A DNA stretch of 64,000 bases from Octopus vulgaris (GCA_951406725.2 OX597815.1:113522001-113586000); one strand, 5' to 3'; positions 24,798-39,505 are shown, counted from the stretch's first letter. The notes: a model not told the origin generated them from the sequence alone. Numbers and translations: made by a program.

Positions 24798-26400
24798 ATA
24801 TAAAGGCAGATTTTATCTGCCTCCCTTTGTAAGTTATAGAAATCTACAATATAGGATTTCTTCAATTACAATTTACCTAGCATTTTTAAGAGTAGAATGC
24901 ATCGGGTCATGTCAGGTCCAGTTTTTAAAATTTAAACTCCAATTAAGCAAAATTTACAGAAAACTCACATTCTGGTGTGTATGTCAAATGCTTTTCTTAG
25001 TCTGGTTTACAGCACACGCAAACGCACACACACAGTGTGCAACGAATAAAGTGAAACTAGATGTAATATTTGTTTCTGTCTATCACGCTGATAGATACAT
25101 GAGTAAAATGTATGGGAAGCTAACAGATAAGAGTGAGTGAAAATGTTCTTGGAAGAGAGTAAATTAGCGACAGAGTGATTTGAGGAAGACTAAACTGAAA
25201 GTATGAAACAGTGTTTATGTATAAACAGACGACACTTATATAAACCCTTTCGTTACCAAACCGCCCGAATTTACCTATTCATATTTAAATGAGAATATCA
25301 GAGTAAATCTCTTTAGTACATTCGTGAAAACACGTATTATACTTCGTAAACACTTCAAATACAGTTTTGTACAAAAATCGAAGTGTAATTTTAATTCCGT
25401 GAATTATGGGAGATTTTTTTCCGAAATTTGTTCCTATTGTGTTTTCAAAATTTGTAATTCTGACAAAAAATGGATACGAATTTCATTATATCAAGCAGCG
25501 AGTCAGAATTCGAAGGATTTTCTACTGAAGACCTTCATAAATCTAACTCTATGACTGAAAAGAAAAAGCATCTTTATATAAGAGTGAAGTTGTGTGTCTG
25601 TCCCCTTCGATTTAGATTCGTAACTACTCCCACATTTTGTGGTGCAGTTTAACCAAAAGCGGGTATCTTATAGTCGTGATTCATATCGAGCCCTTCTGGG
25701 TATTAGCGCGCGTCTACGATGAGTCTACGATTTTTAAAAAATTTACCATCATATTTTTCCATTTTAATGCATTTTTTCGCTTTTATATAAGGGAAGTAAC
25801 TCTCTAAAAATATCTACGATGTGTCAACGATTTAAAAAAAAATTTACCTTAATTTTTTTCAATTTTTAATGCATTTTTTTGCTATTTTTGGGCTATAACT
25901 CTCTAAAAATGCTTATATAGTTATTTCCCTTACAACCCGAGCAACGCCGGGCGATACTGCTAGTCTTATTATAAAAGGCAGATTTTATCTGCCTCCCTTT
26001 GTCAGTTATAGAAATCTACAATATAGGATTTCTTCAATTACAATTTACCTAGCATTTTTAAGAGTAGAATACATCGGGTCATGCCAGGTCCAGTTTTTAA
26101 AATTTAAACTCCAATTAAGCAAAATTTACAGAAAACTCACATTGTGTATGTCAAATGCTTTTCTTAATGTGGTTTACACCAGACGCACACGCACACAGTG
26201 TGCAACGAATAAAATGAAAGTAATTCACTGTGTGTGTGTTGACAGGTAGACAATAGAATGCGATGGCGATGTAATATTTGTTTCTGTCTATCACGCTGAT
26301 AGATACATGAGTAAAATGTAGGGCAAGCTAAGAGATAAGAGTGAGTGAAAATGTTCTTGGAAGAGAGTAAATAGCGAGAGTGATTTGAGGAAGACTTTAC
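24793..26400 (+). mobile_element. Composite/tandem non-autonomous Helitron modules
   Basis: A 5' module (TTATTATA..AAGGCAGATTTTATCTGCC) at ~24793-25240 repeats at 25964-26400. A short Helitron at 25571-25963 starts TC and ends CCCGAGCAACGCCGGG..CTAG. The junction CTAG|TC is at 25963/25964. Confidence 0.75.
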
Positions 26401-27262
26401 ATTAAATAACCGTAGTGGCTTGTATATATATATATATATATATACATACATAAGACAGTAAGGTGTGATTTGAGGGAGATTTGGCTGCTATTTCTACCAT
26501 GTCTAGCTGCCATGTAGAGGTCCCCCTCATTGGCTCATATATATATACATACATAAGACAGTAAGGTGTGATTTGAGGGAGATTTGGCTGCTGTTTCTAC
26601 CAGGTCTGTTAGGCCTTCTCATGTAAACTCAAGCTTTCTCATGCCTTGAACATAAGACCAAAGCAGAGAATGTATTCTTTTATTCTTCTGCTTTTTCCAG
26701 CCATTGGTCTGTGGCCATGCTGGGGCAATGCCTTGAAGAATTGTAGTTTAATGAATCAACTCCAGTTTTATTTTTGTAAGCATTGTACTTATTCTATCTG
26801 TTTCCTTTGTCAAACCACTAGGTGACAGGGATGTAAACAAACCAACATTCGTTGTCAAGCAGTGGTGGAGGACAATCACAAGCACAGACACGCACACACA
26901 CACACATACATGCATACACATATACACACATACATACATATATATATATGTGTGTATATATATATTGCAGCGTGGAAGGTGTTTGTAAGCCATTTAAGAA
27001 ACACACAAAAACCGTTAGATTCACTTCAACATTTAAATTTAATTTGCCAAAATATTTTCGTCGCTTTGAGACCGCGACCTGTTCACTGACAAAAATATCG
27101 TGCTAACAGGTCGCGATCTCAGATCAAGTCACTTGCTATGCAAGTACATCTCTGTAACTATATATATATTTATATATATATATATATATATATGTATATT
27201 GGTAAAAACAGTAAGATAACAAAAGAAAGAAAGAGACCTCAATATTATGTAAATAGAGGAAA

Positions 27263-27656
27263 TCTTTATATATAAAAGTGAGGTTGTGTGTCTGTCTCCT
27301 ACGATTTAGATTCGTAACTACTCCCACATTTTGCGGTGCAGTTTAACCAAAACCGGGTATCTTATAGTCGTGATTCATATCGAGACCGTCTGGGTATTAG
27401 CGCGCGTCTACGATGAGTCTACGATTTAAAAAAAAATTTACCATCAATTTTTCCCATTTTTTATCCATTTTTGACATATATAAGGGAAGTAACTCTCTAA
27501 AATTTATTATTAAATCTCAGAACGTAAAAAGCTACAGTAACACCCCTCCCCCTTTGTGGTTAGCCATATTGAGATGGCTATTATACTTTACATCTCTAAA
27601 AATGCTTATATAATTATTTACTTACAAACCCGAGCAACGCCGGGCGATACTGCTAG
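27263..27656 (+). mobile_element. Non-autonomous Helitron
   Basis: A|TC start, 3' GC hairpin CCCGAGCAACGCCGGG and CTAG|T end. Confidence 0.8.
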
Positions 27657-27686
27657 TATATATATACGTATATATATGTATATATA

Positions 27687-27723
<37 letters not shown>

Positions 27724-27785
27724 GTATATATATATGTATATATATATTTATATATATATATTATATATATATGTATGTATATATT

Positions 27786-27970
<185 letters not shown>

Positions 27971-28055
27971 GTATATATATATATACGTATATATATATAT
28001 ACGTATATATATATATATATATACGTATATATATGTATATATATATATATATATA

Positions 28056-28565
28056 TCTATATATATAAAACTCTAGTTGTGTGAGTGTCTGTCCCCTTCG
28101 ATTTAGATTCCTAACTCCTCCCACATTTTGCGGTGCAGTTTAACCAAATTCGGGTATCTTATAGTCGTGATTCATATCGAGCCCGTCTGACTATTAGCGC
28201 GCGTCAACGATGAGTCTACGATTTTAAAAATAATTTAACATCATTTTTTATTCCATTTTAATGCATAAAATGCATCGTATGTCGATGGCGGCGTATGTCG
28301 ATGGCGTCCACGCTCACAGCTGCACCTGTTTGCTTCTCCCCCTTCCCTCCCTCGTGAAGCTGTGGGGAAGGGAGTGTAAAGAAATCAACGTCGTAATGCG
28401 TTGTAAAGGAAACCAGCGTTCTTTTAGATCAACGACTTCATGGCTTGAAGACATCAAAACAAAAATGGCTAAGAAAGCCCGAATTTATAAGGGAGGTAAC
28501 TCTCTAAAAATGCTTATATAGTTATTTCCCTTACAAACCCGAGCAACGCCGGGCGATACTGCTAG
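28056..28565 (+). mobile_element. Non-autonomous Helitron
   Basis: Same termini as 27263-27656, with a different internal segment. Confidence 0.8.
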
Positions 28566-28671
28566 TATATATATATAAATATATATATATATGTGTGTGT
28601 ATGTCTATATATTGTGTAAGTGCAGTAGTCCTCCAGTGGTTATATACATATGTGTGTGTGTGTATGTCTAC

Positions 28672-28762
<91 letters not shown>

Positions 28763-28844
28763 GGTCCCGGGTTGAGTCGGGGTTAACCACATTAAATAAG
28801 GTACTCAATACATAGCAGAGTAAATTAATTTATTATATAGAAGG

Positions 28845-28895
28845 AGCTTCTACAGGACTAGAACTGTTTCATTCAAAAGAAATCATCAGGAAGCT
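28845..28895 (-). ncRNA. Type I hammerhead ribozyme in the inverted pseudo-LTR
   Basis: Reverse complement of 33677-33727. Confidence 0.8.
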
Positions 28896-29123
28896 AGTAG
28901 ACAAGAGTTGTTTTAGCATTTATACATTTAGGCAGGTTTAAATGGGTGGGGTGGGGGACTTTTTTTGGGGTAGGCATGGCGCAAAACTGTCATTATTAGG
29001 GGAGTGGTCAAAGGAATCGGTGGTAAAGTAGAGTACCTTATTTACTGTGGTTAACCCCGACTCAACCCGGGACCTACATATCCTAGCACACCCCAGTGCC
29101 CTTATAACCATCACCAAGAAAAT

Positions 29124-31180
29124 ATGCTGACAAGAATCGACCTCAACACTTCCCAGAAGAACATTACTATCCCACCAAGGAAACAGTACCAAAAAGCCCT
29201 TATTAGATGGACTGATGAGTTCATCAAAAGAATCCGATGGAGATCGTTCTTCTTCGACCACCCTGATGTAGCATCTACCAATAATGATAAGTACGGTTCA
29301 AATCAAATAAGGCCCCTCCTACCAACAGCCTACTCGAACCGTTTGAAGAAGACCTCTTCCTCATGATAAAAAACATCAAATTCAGGAGAGTCAACCTACC
29401 TTTCCAAACGGAACTGAATGAGAAACTTTCGAAAATGAAAAGCTCCCCGCACCTCCATGTCCCTTCGGACAAGACAGAAAATATTTACGCGGTGACTCCG
29501 GATACCTACAACAGACTAGCTGATAACGCCATCACAGCTAAGTACAAAAAAGTCGACGACACAGCGTTAACTGAAACCAACTTAGCCGGGAAAGGACAAT
29601 TTCGAAAATAAACCGTCGGTCCGACTAATTAACCCGACCAAGTCTGACATCGGATCCGTCAGCAAGAAGATCCTGGACAGGATTTTACCAAAAATGCGTG
29701 AAGCTTCACCCCTTCCACTCTGGAATAGGACCTCCGAGGCAATAACCTGGTTCCAGGATTTACCTGACAAAAGCAACACCCGATTCCTACAATTAGATAT
29801 CGAAGACTACTACACCTCCATATCGGAGAGCTTGCTGATCGACGCAATTAACTTCGCTAGGAAGTCCTCCACCATCACCGAGGCCGAGCAAGATGTGATC
29901 CTCCACGCACGTAAGACTTTTCTTTTCCACGACGGATCCCACTGGATCAACAAAAAATCTGTGACCCCCTTCGACGTCAGCATGGGTGCTAGCGACTCAG
30001 CTGAAATAAGTGACCTTGTGGGCCTTTTCATCCTCCATAGGCTGAAGACCCTATTCACAGGCCTCTCCGGTGGTCTTTACCGCGATGATGGCCTTTTTGC
30101 CCTCCGCAAAATAAACCCCAGGACCACGGATGGGTTCCGGAAAAATCTTTACACTTTTCTTAAAAACTTAGGCCTTAGGATTACCTTAGAATCCAACTTA
30201 ACCAAAGCTAACTTCCTTGACGTCACCCTCGACTTAAAAACCTCACTTTATTACCCGTACCACAAGCCAAATGAATCCCTTAGATATATAGACATTAATT
30301 TCAACCACCCCAAAAATATATTAGACAACCTAGTAAAAAGTGTCTCAATTAGAATATCTAGCCTGTCCGCTACTGAAGATATCTTTAATGCCGCAGCCCC
30401 CTATTACAACGAGGCCCTGGCCCGCAGTGGCTTTAAAGATAAGATCACCTATACTAGTATAGCCCCACGCCAACCCAGGAAAAATAGGCGAAGACACATT
30501 AGCTGGTACAACCCCCCTTCAACCGTGAGGTCGCTACACCTGTAGCTAAAATCTTCTTCACTCTCCTACAGAAACACTTCCCCACCCAACATAAGTACTA
30601 TACTATCCTAAATAAGAACACCATTAGACTCTCCTACTCTACCACGCCCAATCTAGCCAGGAACCTAGCCAACAACAACGTGAAAAAACTTAATATATCT
30701 ACTCTTTCTGAGGCCCATCCAACATCCGATAGCAATTGCAACTGCCCTGATAAAACCACCTGCCCCCTCAACAACAACTGCCTACAGAGGGACCTCGTCT
30801 ACACATGCGAGGTACGATCAGGCCCCGATGATAAAAGAAAATCGTACATCGGAATGACGTCAAACAGCTTTAAGACCCGCTGGTACGCCCACACACACTT
30901 GTTCCGGCGACCTGATAAATCCAACCAAACTACCCTCGCCGCCCACATCTGGTACCTTAAAAGGAACTCCATCCCCTTCAAGACCAAGTGGAGACTACTA
31001 CAGAAGGCGCGTTCGTACACAGGAGGCCATACCTGCTGTGACCTTTGCATTTCCGAGAGCCTAGAGATCTTGTTCACCAAAGGCCATCTCCTCAACAAGA
31101 TCTCAGAACACTCCCCAAATTGCATGCATAAAATTTATGCAAACTACAAGAACTATAGACCCACCCGGCAACCCGATTGA
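29124..31180 (+). pseudogene. PLE reverse transcriptase + GIY-YIG endonuclease, broken by frameshifts
   Basis: IKRIRW, DKT.N.Y, QLDIEDYY, MGASDSAE, GLYRDDGL, NFLDVTLD, WYNPP, CNC..CPLNNNC, LVY..SYIGMT, FKTRW..H, CDLC and CMH across ORFs 29124, 29363, 29694 and 30680. Confidence 0.9.
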
Positions 31181-31259
31181 CGACACCCCACCCACAAAAA
31201 CCCCCCAACCCCACCGTTTCCCCAGCACCCCCGATTAACTTTCCTCCTAAGACTATTCA

Positions 31260-31406
31260 CAGATTGTATATGTACACTTGTATATATGTATAGAAATGAA
31301 TGGGTGTTAGTAGGAATATACGCATGTATGTGAGTGCGTGTATATGTATGTGTATGTGTATGTACATGTGTATGTGTATGTGTGTGGTTTTTTTATATTT
31401 TTTATA

Positions 31407-31469
<63 letters not shown>

Positions 31470-31550
31470 GTGTATGTGTAGGTATGTGTATGTATGTATA
31501 TGTATATATATATATGTGTATATATGTGTGTATGTATGTGTATGTATGTG

Positions 31551-31623
<73 letters not shown>

Positions 31624-31993
31624 ACGCTCGTGTGTTCATGTATATGTAAGTATGTAGAGTTATGTGTATGTGCATGTATGTATGCATATATGCATATGTG
31701 TAGATAGGTATATACGTGTATGCTTATATGTTGTTTCCGCCTGTACAAAGGGTAACTGCATGTGTATATATATCTATTATTTATTATTATTATTTATTAT
31801 TCATTATTTATTACATGAGTATGCGTTTGTATACATGTATGTATTTATGTATATAAGGAGGCGCGTGAGTGTGTGTATGTGTATGTATTTGTATAAACAT
31901 ATGTATACATTTATGCATGTATGTGCTTGTGTGTATATATATATATATATATATGTGTATATATACACACATATATATATATATATGTATATA

Positions 31994-32024
<31 letters not shown>

Positions 32025-32116
32025 ATATATATATGTGTAAAAAAATGTGTGTGTAAATGTATATATATATGTGTATGTATGTGTGTGTATATATGTATAT
32101 ATGTATATGTATATAG

Positions 32117-32149
<33 letters not shown>

Positions 32150-32499
32150 TGTGTACGCTTGTGTGTTTATGCATATGTAGGTATGTAGAGTTATGTGTGT
32201 ATGTATGTATGTATATATACATATGTGTAAATAGGTATATATGGGTATGTTTATATGTATGTATCCGTCTGTATAATGGGTAACTGCACGTATATATATT
32301 TACTATTATTATTATTATTATTATTTGAGTATGCATGTATGTATATATGTATATGCCTGTATGCATGTATGTATTTATGAACATAAGGAGGCGTGTGTGT
32401 GTGTGGATGTGTATGCATATGTATAGACATATGTATACATTTATGCATGTATGTACTTATGTGTGTATATAGATGCGCGTGTGTGTGTGTGTATGTGTA

Positions 32500-32544
<45 letters not shown>

Positions 32545-33470
32545 TGTGTTCTTGAGCAAGGCACTTTATTTCACGTTGCTCCAGTTCACTCAACTGTAGA
32601 AATGAGTTGCGATGTCACTGGTGCCAAGCTGTATCGACCTTTGTCTTTCCCTTGGATAACACTGGTGGCGTGGAGAGGGGGCTGGTATGCATGGGCGACT
32701 GCTGGTCTTCCATAAACAACCTTGCCCGGACTTGTGTCTAGGAGGGTAACTTTCTAGGTGCAATCCCATGGTCATTCATGACCGAAGGGGGTCTTTACCC
32801 TTTATATGTGTGTATGTGTATATATATGTATGAATGCATATGTGTATGTATATGTATATGTATATATATGTATATATATATATGTATATGTGTATGTATA
32901 TGTATGTATGTGTATGTATGTGTATATGTATATGTGTATATATATTAATCAGTGTATATGTATGAACTAGTCTTCTGTGGGTGTATTGAGGTATGTATGT
33001 GTATGCGTGTGCGTATGAGTATGTGTGTACGTGTGAGTGTGTGGGCGTGAGTGAGTGTTTGCGTCCGTATCAGTGAGTAGATAGATAAACGGAATCTTTA
33101 GATCATCCCTTGAGACCGGCTGACCGATCAAGATAAAAATAAAGATATAAACAAAAGTAGTAGTAGTAATAAAATTAAAATAAGGAAATAAAAATGTGTG
33201 TGCATGTATATGCATGTGTATATATATATGTGTATGTATATATATGTGCGAGTGTGTATACATATATGTATATATATGTATGTATATGTGTATTTGTGTG
33301 TACGTACATGGGTACGTGTATATATATGTATATATATGTATATGTATATGTATGTGTATGTATGTATATATATATATGTATGTATATGTGGGTATGTATG
33401 TATATGTATAGATATATGTGAATATGTGGGTGTAGATATGTGTATATATATATATGTAGATGTACAAGTG
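31260..33470. repeat. Low-complexity TA/TG-rich tract inside the PLE 3' region, with an internal duplication and a SINE insertion
   Basis: ~31617-31930 resembles ~32150-32470; SINE fragment at 32540-32802. Confidence 0.85.
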
Positions 33471-33676
33471 AGAGTCTCCTTACTTACCTAAAACTCTATT
33501 TTTCTATTTATTTTTTTATTCTTTTATTTATTCTTTTATCTACTTTACCACTGTTTCCTTTGACCACTCCCCTAATAATGACAGTTTTGCGCCATGCCTA
33601 CCCCCAAAAAAGTCCCCCACCACCACCCATTTAAACCTGCCTAAATGTATAAATGCCAAAACAACTCTTGTCTACT

Positions 33677-33727
33677 AGCTTCCTGATGATTTCTTTTGAA
33701 TGAAACAGTTCTAGTCCTGTAGAAGCT
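33677..33727 (+). ncRNA. Type I hammerhead ribozyme in the 3' pseudo-LTR
   Basis: agcttc-CTGATGA-t.ttc(tttt)gaa.t-GAAA-cag(ttctagtc)ctg-TA-gaagct; GUA triplet at 33719-33721. Confidence 0.8.
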
Positions 33728-33755
33728 CCTTCTATATAATAAATATATATATATA

Positions 33756-36700
33756 CTAGCAGGTGTACCCAGCATTGCCAAGGTTCATTAGTTCAAAAAG
33801 GCTTTGAAACTAATAAACCGATTAATATCCCTTCCCTTAAACACCTTTCACGCTTTATGGCAAGACGAACACCTAAGTAACTCTAAAGGGAACCGCACGT
33901 GTAATATTACGACAAGATACAAGTGAAAAAATAAAGCAACAGAAATTATAACAGTAATAATATAGGACTGAAATATGTCACCAGTACGGCAAGTCTACAA
34001 AACTTCCTTATAAACAACATTTTTAGTTTTCCCACTGGGGATGAAGGCATGTGAACTGTTCCTACAATCCACTCTTGAGCAGCCAACATACAGTTGACTG
34101 TGTGAAAAGCATGGTTCGGCTAAGTAAGGTCCAACAACCGACAGCGACTGCCCCTGGGACTTGTTAATGGACATGGTGTAACTGAGTCTAATCAGAAACT
34201 GCACTCTGTGGAATGTGAACAGTAAGTCAGCAGCCAAAGGCACAAGGGGAATTCGCGGTATGAAGATGTCTTGACCTTTACCACTGACGGTCATAATCGT
34301 TGCTTCAATGACATTGGGAAGTAATTTTGTGATAACAAGGTATGTACCGTTACACAACGTCGGTGGATTTAAATTCCTTATTAGCATAACAGGGCTACCT
34401 ACTTTAAGAGTAAGAATATATGGAGCTACACCTGAAGGCTCCAAAGAATTCAAAAATTCAGTGGGATAATCAACTAGCTCATCCTGGTTGGGAATGGTGT
34501 CTACTGAATTATAGACTGTCACGTCCCCAGGCAAACACAGTAAGTGGCTGTTGTTGATTGCACTGACTGCAACGTTTTTAGGAGCCAAAATGGCTCTTAG
34601 GCAAAGCCAGTCTAGATCTCTGTTGTGGACTTCTAGGCCTGGGAAGACCTGGTCCTGAAGTCTCTGGATAGTACTGGCTCTTGTGCAAATGCTACTTATG
34701 TCAACATCTTCATTTCTGTCTTCTGGAACTTCACCATTGCCAAGAAGGAGAATGTCCCACACAAAATGTTCTGACAATGGGTGCGCTCGTGTTGGATTCT
34801 AACTTTAAAGTAGCAACAAAACCCCATAGAGATGAAGACTTAAGACACGCCATTACTTCATCCACCCTTGTGCCTTTTGGAATCACTGGCAAGGTTTATC
34901 TAAAGTCCCCAGATAGCAAGACAGTGACACCCTCCTTCCATCGGTTTGTGGCTTTCTTTTATGTCTTGCAAAGTTCTGTCTAATGCCTCAAGGGTACCCT
35001 TGTGAGCCATTGTGCATTCATCCCAAACAATCAGACGGCATTGTGTGAGCAATTGCCCGTTGTCCAACATCTTTGAAATGTTGCAAACAGGCGTTGGTGA
35101 ACTTGTGAGGTTAAGGGGAAGCTTAAACGTGGAGTGTGCAGTCCTACCACCAGGGAGAAGAATAGCAGCTATGTCCGAAGTTTCCACAGCCATTGCGATG
35201 CACTTTTGTAGCCCTACTTTTGCAAGAATGAGTCTAGTTACGAATGCTTTGCCCGTCCTGCCAGGAGTGTTAAGAAAGAAAATGCCACCTTTACGACCCT
35301 GGACTTGCTGAACGATAGCGTCGTAGGCATGCTTCTGGTCAGGTAGCAGGAGTGCCTCATTGATCTGTACATATGCATATAGTTCTGTAATGTCATAAGA
35401 TGTTTCCCAAACAATCTCAGAAGGGAAATCATTTGAAGTAGGCCTTGCAGCCGGGGGAAGCCCATAAGTGGTCATTACATCACTGCATAAAGCTAAAGTC
35501 TTGTTTTCAATCTCAATCAGCACTAGGTTGTATATTGTATCAGCAAAACCTATGTTTAAAGTAGGGAATCGAAGCTGAGTGGCTCGCCTACAGTTCTCGG
35601 ACAGGTCTTTCCTAAACTGAAGCCACTAAGAATATGGACTACTGGATACACAATTGTGCAGTATAACAGCAAAAAGTGTTCTCAGTCTTCCAGGCGATTT
35701 GGATACACAAGCCTCTGATAAGCAGGCTTGCCACTGCCTGTCATCTTCAAGAAGTTCGAGCTGTTGTCATGCCTCCTTGTATGCTACAAAAACGTCTTCA
35801 TCCACAGTTCTTAAATCCCAAAAGCAAGTTGGGCCTTTTACTTTGTGTAGAAGACGGAGATGAAAGCACTCAGTCTGATTTGGGTGCACTGTATAAACAC
35901 ACCCAAGGCAATCATTGAACTTAATGCCTTCATGCCCTTCAACAGTTTTACCTGTCTTCCTTCTCCTCCACGTTTTGTTGTTCCAGATGTTGTAGGATAG
36001 AACTTGTGGGTAAAGGAGTGTCCGTGCAAAGGGATCAACCTGATAAAGTTTAAAAAACACAGTAAGCATAGTATCTGATGGAGCCTGTGCTACCTGGGCA
36101 GAAACATTAGCATGCCAGGCGAAATGCTTATCGGTATTTCATCTGCTGTTACATTCTGAGTTCAAATTCCACCGAGGGCGACTTTGCCTTTCATCTTTTC
36201 AGGGTCGATAAATTAAGTACCAGTTATGCATTGGGGTCGATGTAATCAACTTAATCCCTTTGTCTGTCCTTGTTTGTCCCCTCTATGTTTAGCTCCTTGT
36301 GGGCAATAAAGAAAAATAAAATACACTCTTTGGCTGTTTTTCAGATGAACAGCAGGATACCTTTCGTGTATTGGAAAACCAAAAATACACCAAAATGTTT
36401 CATTGCTACTTATGTACCATGCAGCCTGGTATTGCATTACTTTATCGTGTTGGTTGATGCCTTGGAGGCCAAACATGACGGCATTGAACCCTTTGTTAAC
36501 GTATTTGCAGACACATTTGATTGACTTGATGGAATTGCAAAATTCAACGTTAATATTCGCTTTAAATGTCTTTAAAAGAAGCGAATAGTAAGGTACTATC
36601 TCTCTATTGTCAACTTCAAATTTCCCTATGGTTAAGTTTAAGCCTCCATCACATGGCTTCCTACACCCATACAGTGGGTACCCGTCTTGAACAGTTTGAG

Positions 36701-37203
36701 TCTGGAACACAAATTTTTTGAGATAATTCTTAGAGCATACACCATTTATCAAGTAATCTTTCCTTGTGTAGACAGGCCTACAAGGGCCATAGACCACAAC
36801 TGGGATTGTAAGTGAGAGCTTTTGATGACCAAAACTTACTTGAGGGCCGTTGAAGTCCTAGCCTGTCAGCTGCTCTATGAAGGTTACAGGTAAGCATACT
36901 TTGGTGATGGTCTTCATTTTGTGAGAAGCATGAACTTGCCATCGAAACAGTGTCATGCATGTGGCAGGCAGTCTGCTGTTCTTCATTCTCCGAAGATCGC
37001 GAACAGTCCATTGAAGCAGTATTGCACAGGCGACAGACAGTTCACTGTTCCTCTTTCTACGAAGAGTGTGAACAGGCCTTTGAAGCAGCATTGCACAGGC
37101 GATGAACAGTTTGCTGTTCCTCGTTCAGCAAAGAACGTGAACGGGCCATTGAAGCAGTGTTGCGCAGGTGACGGACAGTTCACTGTTCCTCGTTCTGTGA
37201 AGA
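33756..37203 (-). mobile_element. Decayed autonomous-type Helitron (Rep/Pif1 helicase fragments)
   Basis: ORFs 36246, 35767, 34900 and 33995 carry MVYGPC..CSK, RLLHKVKGPT, PGRTGK, GGRTAHSTFKLP, IVWDECTM and MSINKSQGQSL..LYVGCSRV. The minus-strand 3' end is CTAG|T at 33756. A SINE is inserted at ~36108-36316. Confidence 0.9.
36985..37203. repeat. ~57-60-bp tandem repeat (3-4 copies) at the 5' side of the Helitron
   Basis: Recurring TTGAAGCAG..TTGCACAGGCGA..ACAGTTCACTGTTCCTC. Confidence 0.75.
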
Positions 37204-38109
37204 GTACTTATTCTATCGGTCTCTTTTGCCAAACCGCTAAGTTATGGGGACATAAACACACCAGCATCGGTTGTCAAGCGATCTTGAGGGGACAAACACA
37301 GACACACAAGCACACACACGCATGCATATATATACATATACATACATATGATGGGCTTCTTTCAGTTTCCATCTACCAAATTCACTCACAAGACTTTGGT
37401 CGGCCCCAAGGCTATAGTAGAAAACATTTGCCCAAGGTGCCATGCAGTGGGACTGAACCTGGAACCATTTGGTTGGTAAGCAAGCTACTTACCACACAGC
37501 CACTCCTGCGCCTATATATATATTGAAAGGGTCTTAGGCCAACAGGTTTTGGGGCTCTGACAATATGCCATAAAGCTGATCCCTTTATGGAAACCCGAGG
37601 TAATCCCATAAACCAGCCCTCCATACTTCTAACATATATATATATATAAATATATATAAGCATGGTTATTGATTGTGTGGTTAAGAAGTTTTCTTCCCAA
37701 CCTCATGGTTTCAAGTTCACTCCAGCTGTGTAATCCCACCTCAACATTTGGTATAAGATAAGTTTCAGAGCATATATTGGGATTAAATGATGTTTTGATA
37801 GCTTGCAAAAATATGTTAATTGTCATTGAGTTTACACACCACAATCAACAATGAAAATCTAATTTGGGAGAGCATGGCTTGAGGAAGTGTTGTTCATCGG
37901 GAGCAAAAATACAACTAAACCATTCCTTAATTTTTTTTTCCCTCAGATGGTCTCACATAAATAATTTTCATGTGCACCAATCAAACTGATCTCAGTACTT
38001 ATTCTAAGTGTGGTACCTGTTCTACTGATCTCTTTTTATCAAACTGCTAAGTTATAGGCAAGCAAACTAATACTAGTTGTCAAATGGTTAGAGACAATCA
38101 CATGAACAC

Positions 38110-39505
38110 AAACACATATTCACGGATCATTGAGTGCTTAGATATGTTTGGATTTGCAAGAAATGTAACATGTTTTCTGAAGAGAATTATGAAGAGTTGG
38201 GAAACTAAGGTGACATCATATAGGCTCAAGAGAGGAATTTTCCAAAGAGATAGCTTATCTTCAATGCTTTTGTACTTTGCATGCTCCCTCTGACCTTGGT
38301 GCTGAGGAAAACAAACCTTGAATATCAGTTCAAGGGAGAAACAAAGAATCCACCGTCTTCTCTTCATGGATGATGTGCAGCTGTATGGTAAGGATGAGGT
38401 GCAAGTGAGTTCTTTGAACACAATCCACAGTTTTAGTGTTGATGTTAGCATGGAATTTGGACTCAAGAAGTGTGGTGTAATGAGTCTGAAAAGAGGCAAA
38501 GTACAAACCTTGGCATGGATAGAATTACCAAACAGGGCAGTAATCAAACAAACATACACATTCACATAGAACTTCAATAAGTGCTGTGCACGAAACTTGA
38601 TTCTTTAAACAATTTGTAACTTCTGATGATTAAAAATAAAACACATGCCCACATAACTCGTTGGGTTATTTATTTTAAATAATTTAAAAAGGAAGGCTAT
38701 AAGCACCTTGGCATACTAGAGTTCATTGAAATCATGGGGAAGGAAATGAAAAAACAGCAGAAGAAAGAGTATTTCCAAAGACTATGATTGGTGTTGCTCT
38801 TCAAATTCACTAGATGGAATAAATTACAAGCAGTAAATGCATGGATGATAGCATCACTTAGGTATGGAGCTGGAATCATAAACTGGTAAAAGAATGAACT
38901 GATAAGTGTGAATATGAAGACATGGAAATTTTTGTCATTGCACATCCCAAGGGTGACTCTGTTCAGAAGAAAATGTCAGAGAGGTTTGATCAGTTGTCAG
39001 GATTGTGTTGCATCAGGGGATTGGTACAACATGAATATAAAAGGCAACATGACAATGTGGTTCCATTGAGAGTGTTGTAGAAATTATGACCAAGAGAGAT
39101 CAAAGACATGGTATGGCTAAATCCTAGAGGGAGTTACTGAGAATGAGGATTGCAAAATCCTGTGGGGTGCAATGATTCAGTGTGATCACCAGATTAAACA
39201 TTGGAAATCTGCCATTGTTGTGGTGAATGGAAAAGAAAAAAAACATGCCTGATAATTGACAGAGCATATTCTGATGACAACAGGACTGAAGGGAAATATG
39301 AAGAGAAAGTTAACAACTATTAAGAATTGATATGGGAAATACACAGGTTGTGGGCAATGAAGAAAGTGATTGGTGCACTTAGAAATATCACTTCCCAGCT
39401 ACCAATGTGGATAAAAAGATTAGGACAAGTGTAAAGATAGAATACCTTCAAAAATCATCATTGCTTAGAACTGCAAGAGTTTTCGGCAAGGTTCTTGAAG
39501 TATGA
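38110..39505 (+). mobile_element. Degraded R4/Dong-like non-LTR element (RT and restriction-like endonuclease remnants)
   Basis: RGIFQRDSLS, LLFMDDVQLY, MEFGLKKCG, then HDNV, KILW, IGAL and LQKSSLL.TARV remnants. Confidence 0.7.

Larger units (their letters stand above)
28757..33745 (+). mobile_element. Near full-length Penelope-like element (Naiad-like) with inverted 5' pseudo-LTR and direct 3' pseudo-LTR
   Basis: 28830-29032 is the reverse complement of ~33540-33745. A 50-bp inverted repeat lies at 28757-28806 / 29031-29080. An RT+GIY-YIG coding region lies between. Confidence 0.9.

Noticed and set aside
27056-27125. GAGACCGCGACCTGTT..AACAGGTCGCGATCTC hairpin as a miRNA or ribozyme
   Set aside because: Short inverted duplication within a repeat fragment; no ribozyme core and no expression evidence.
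30680-31180. Selenocysteine-encoding Naiad element
   Set aside because: The zinc-binding cysteines are ordinary Cys codons and there is no in-frame TGA in this ORF; I did not identify a SECIS.
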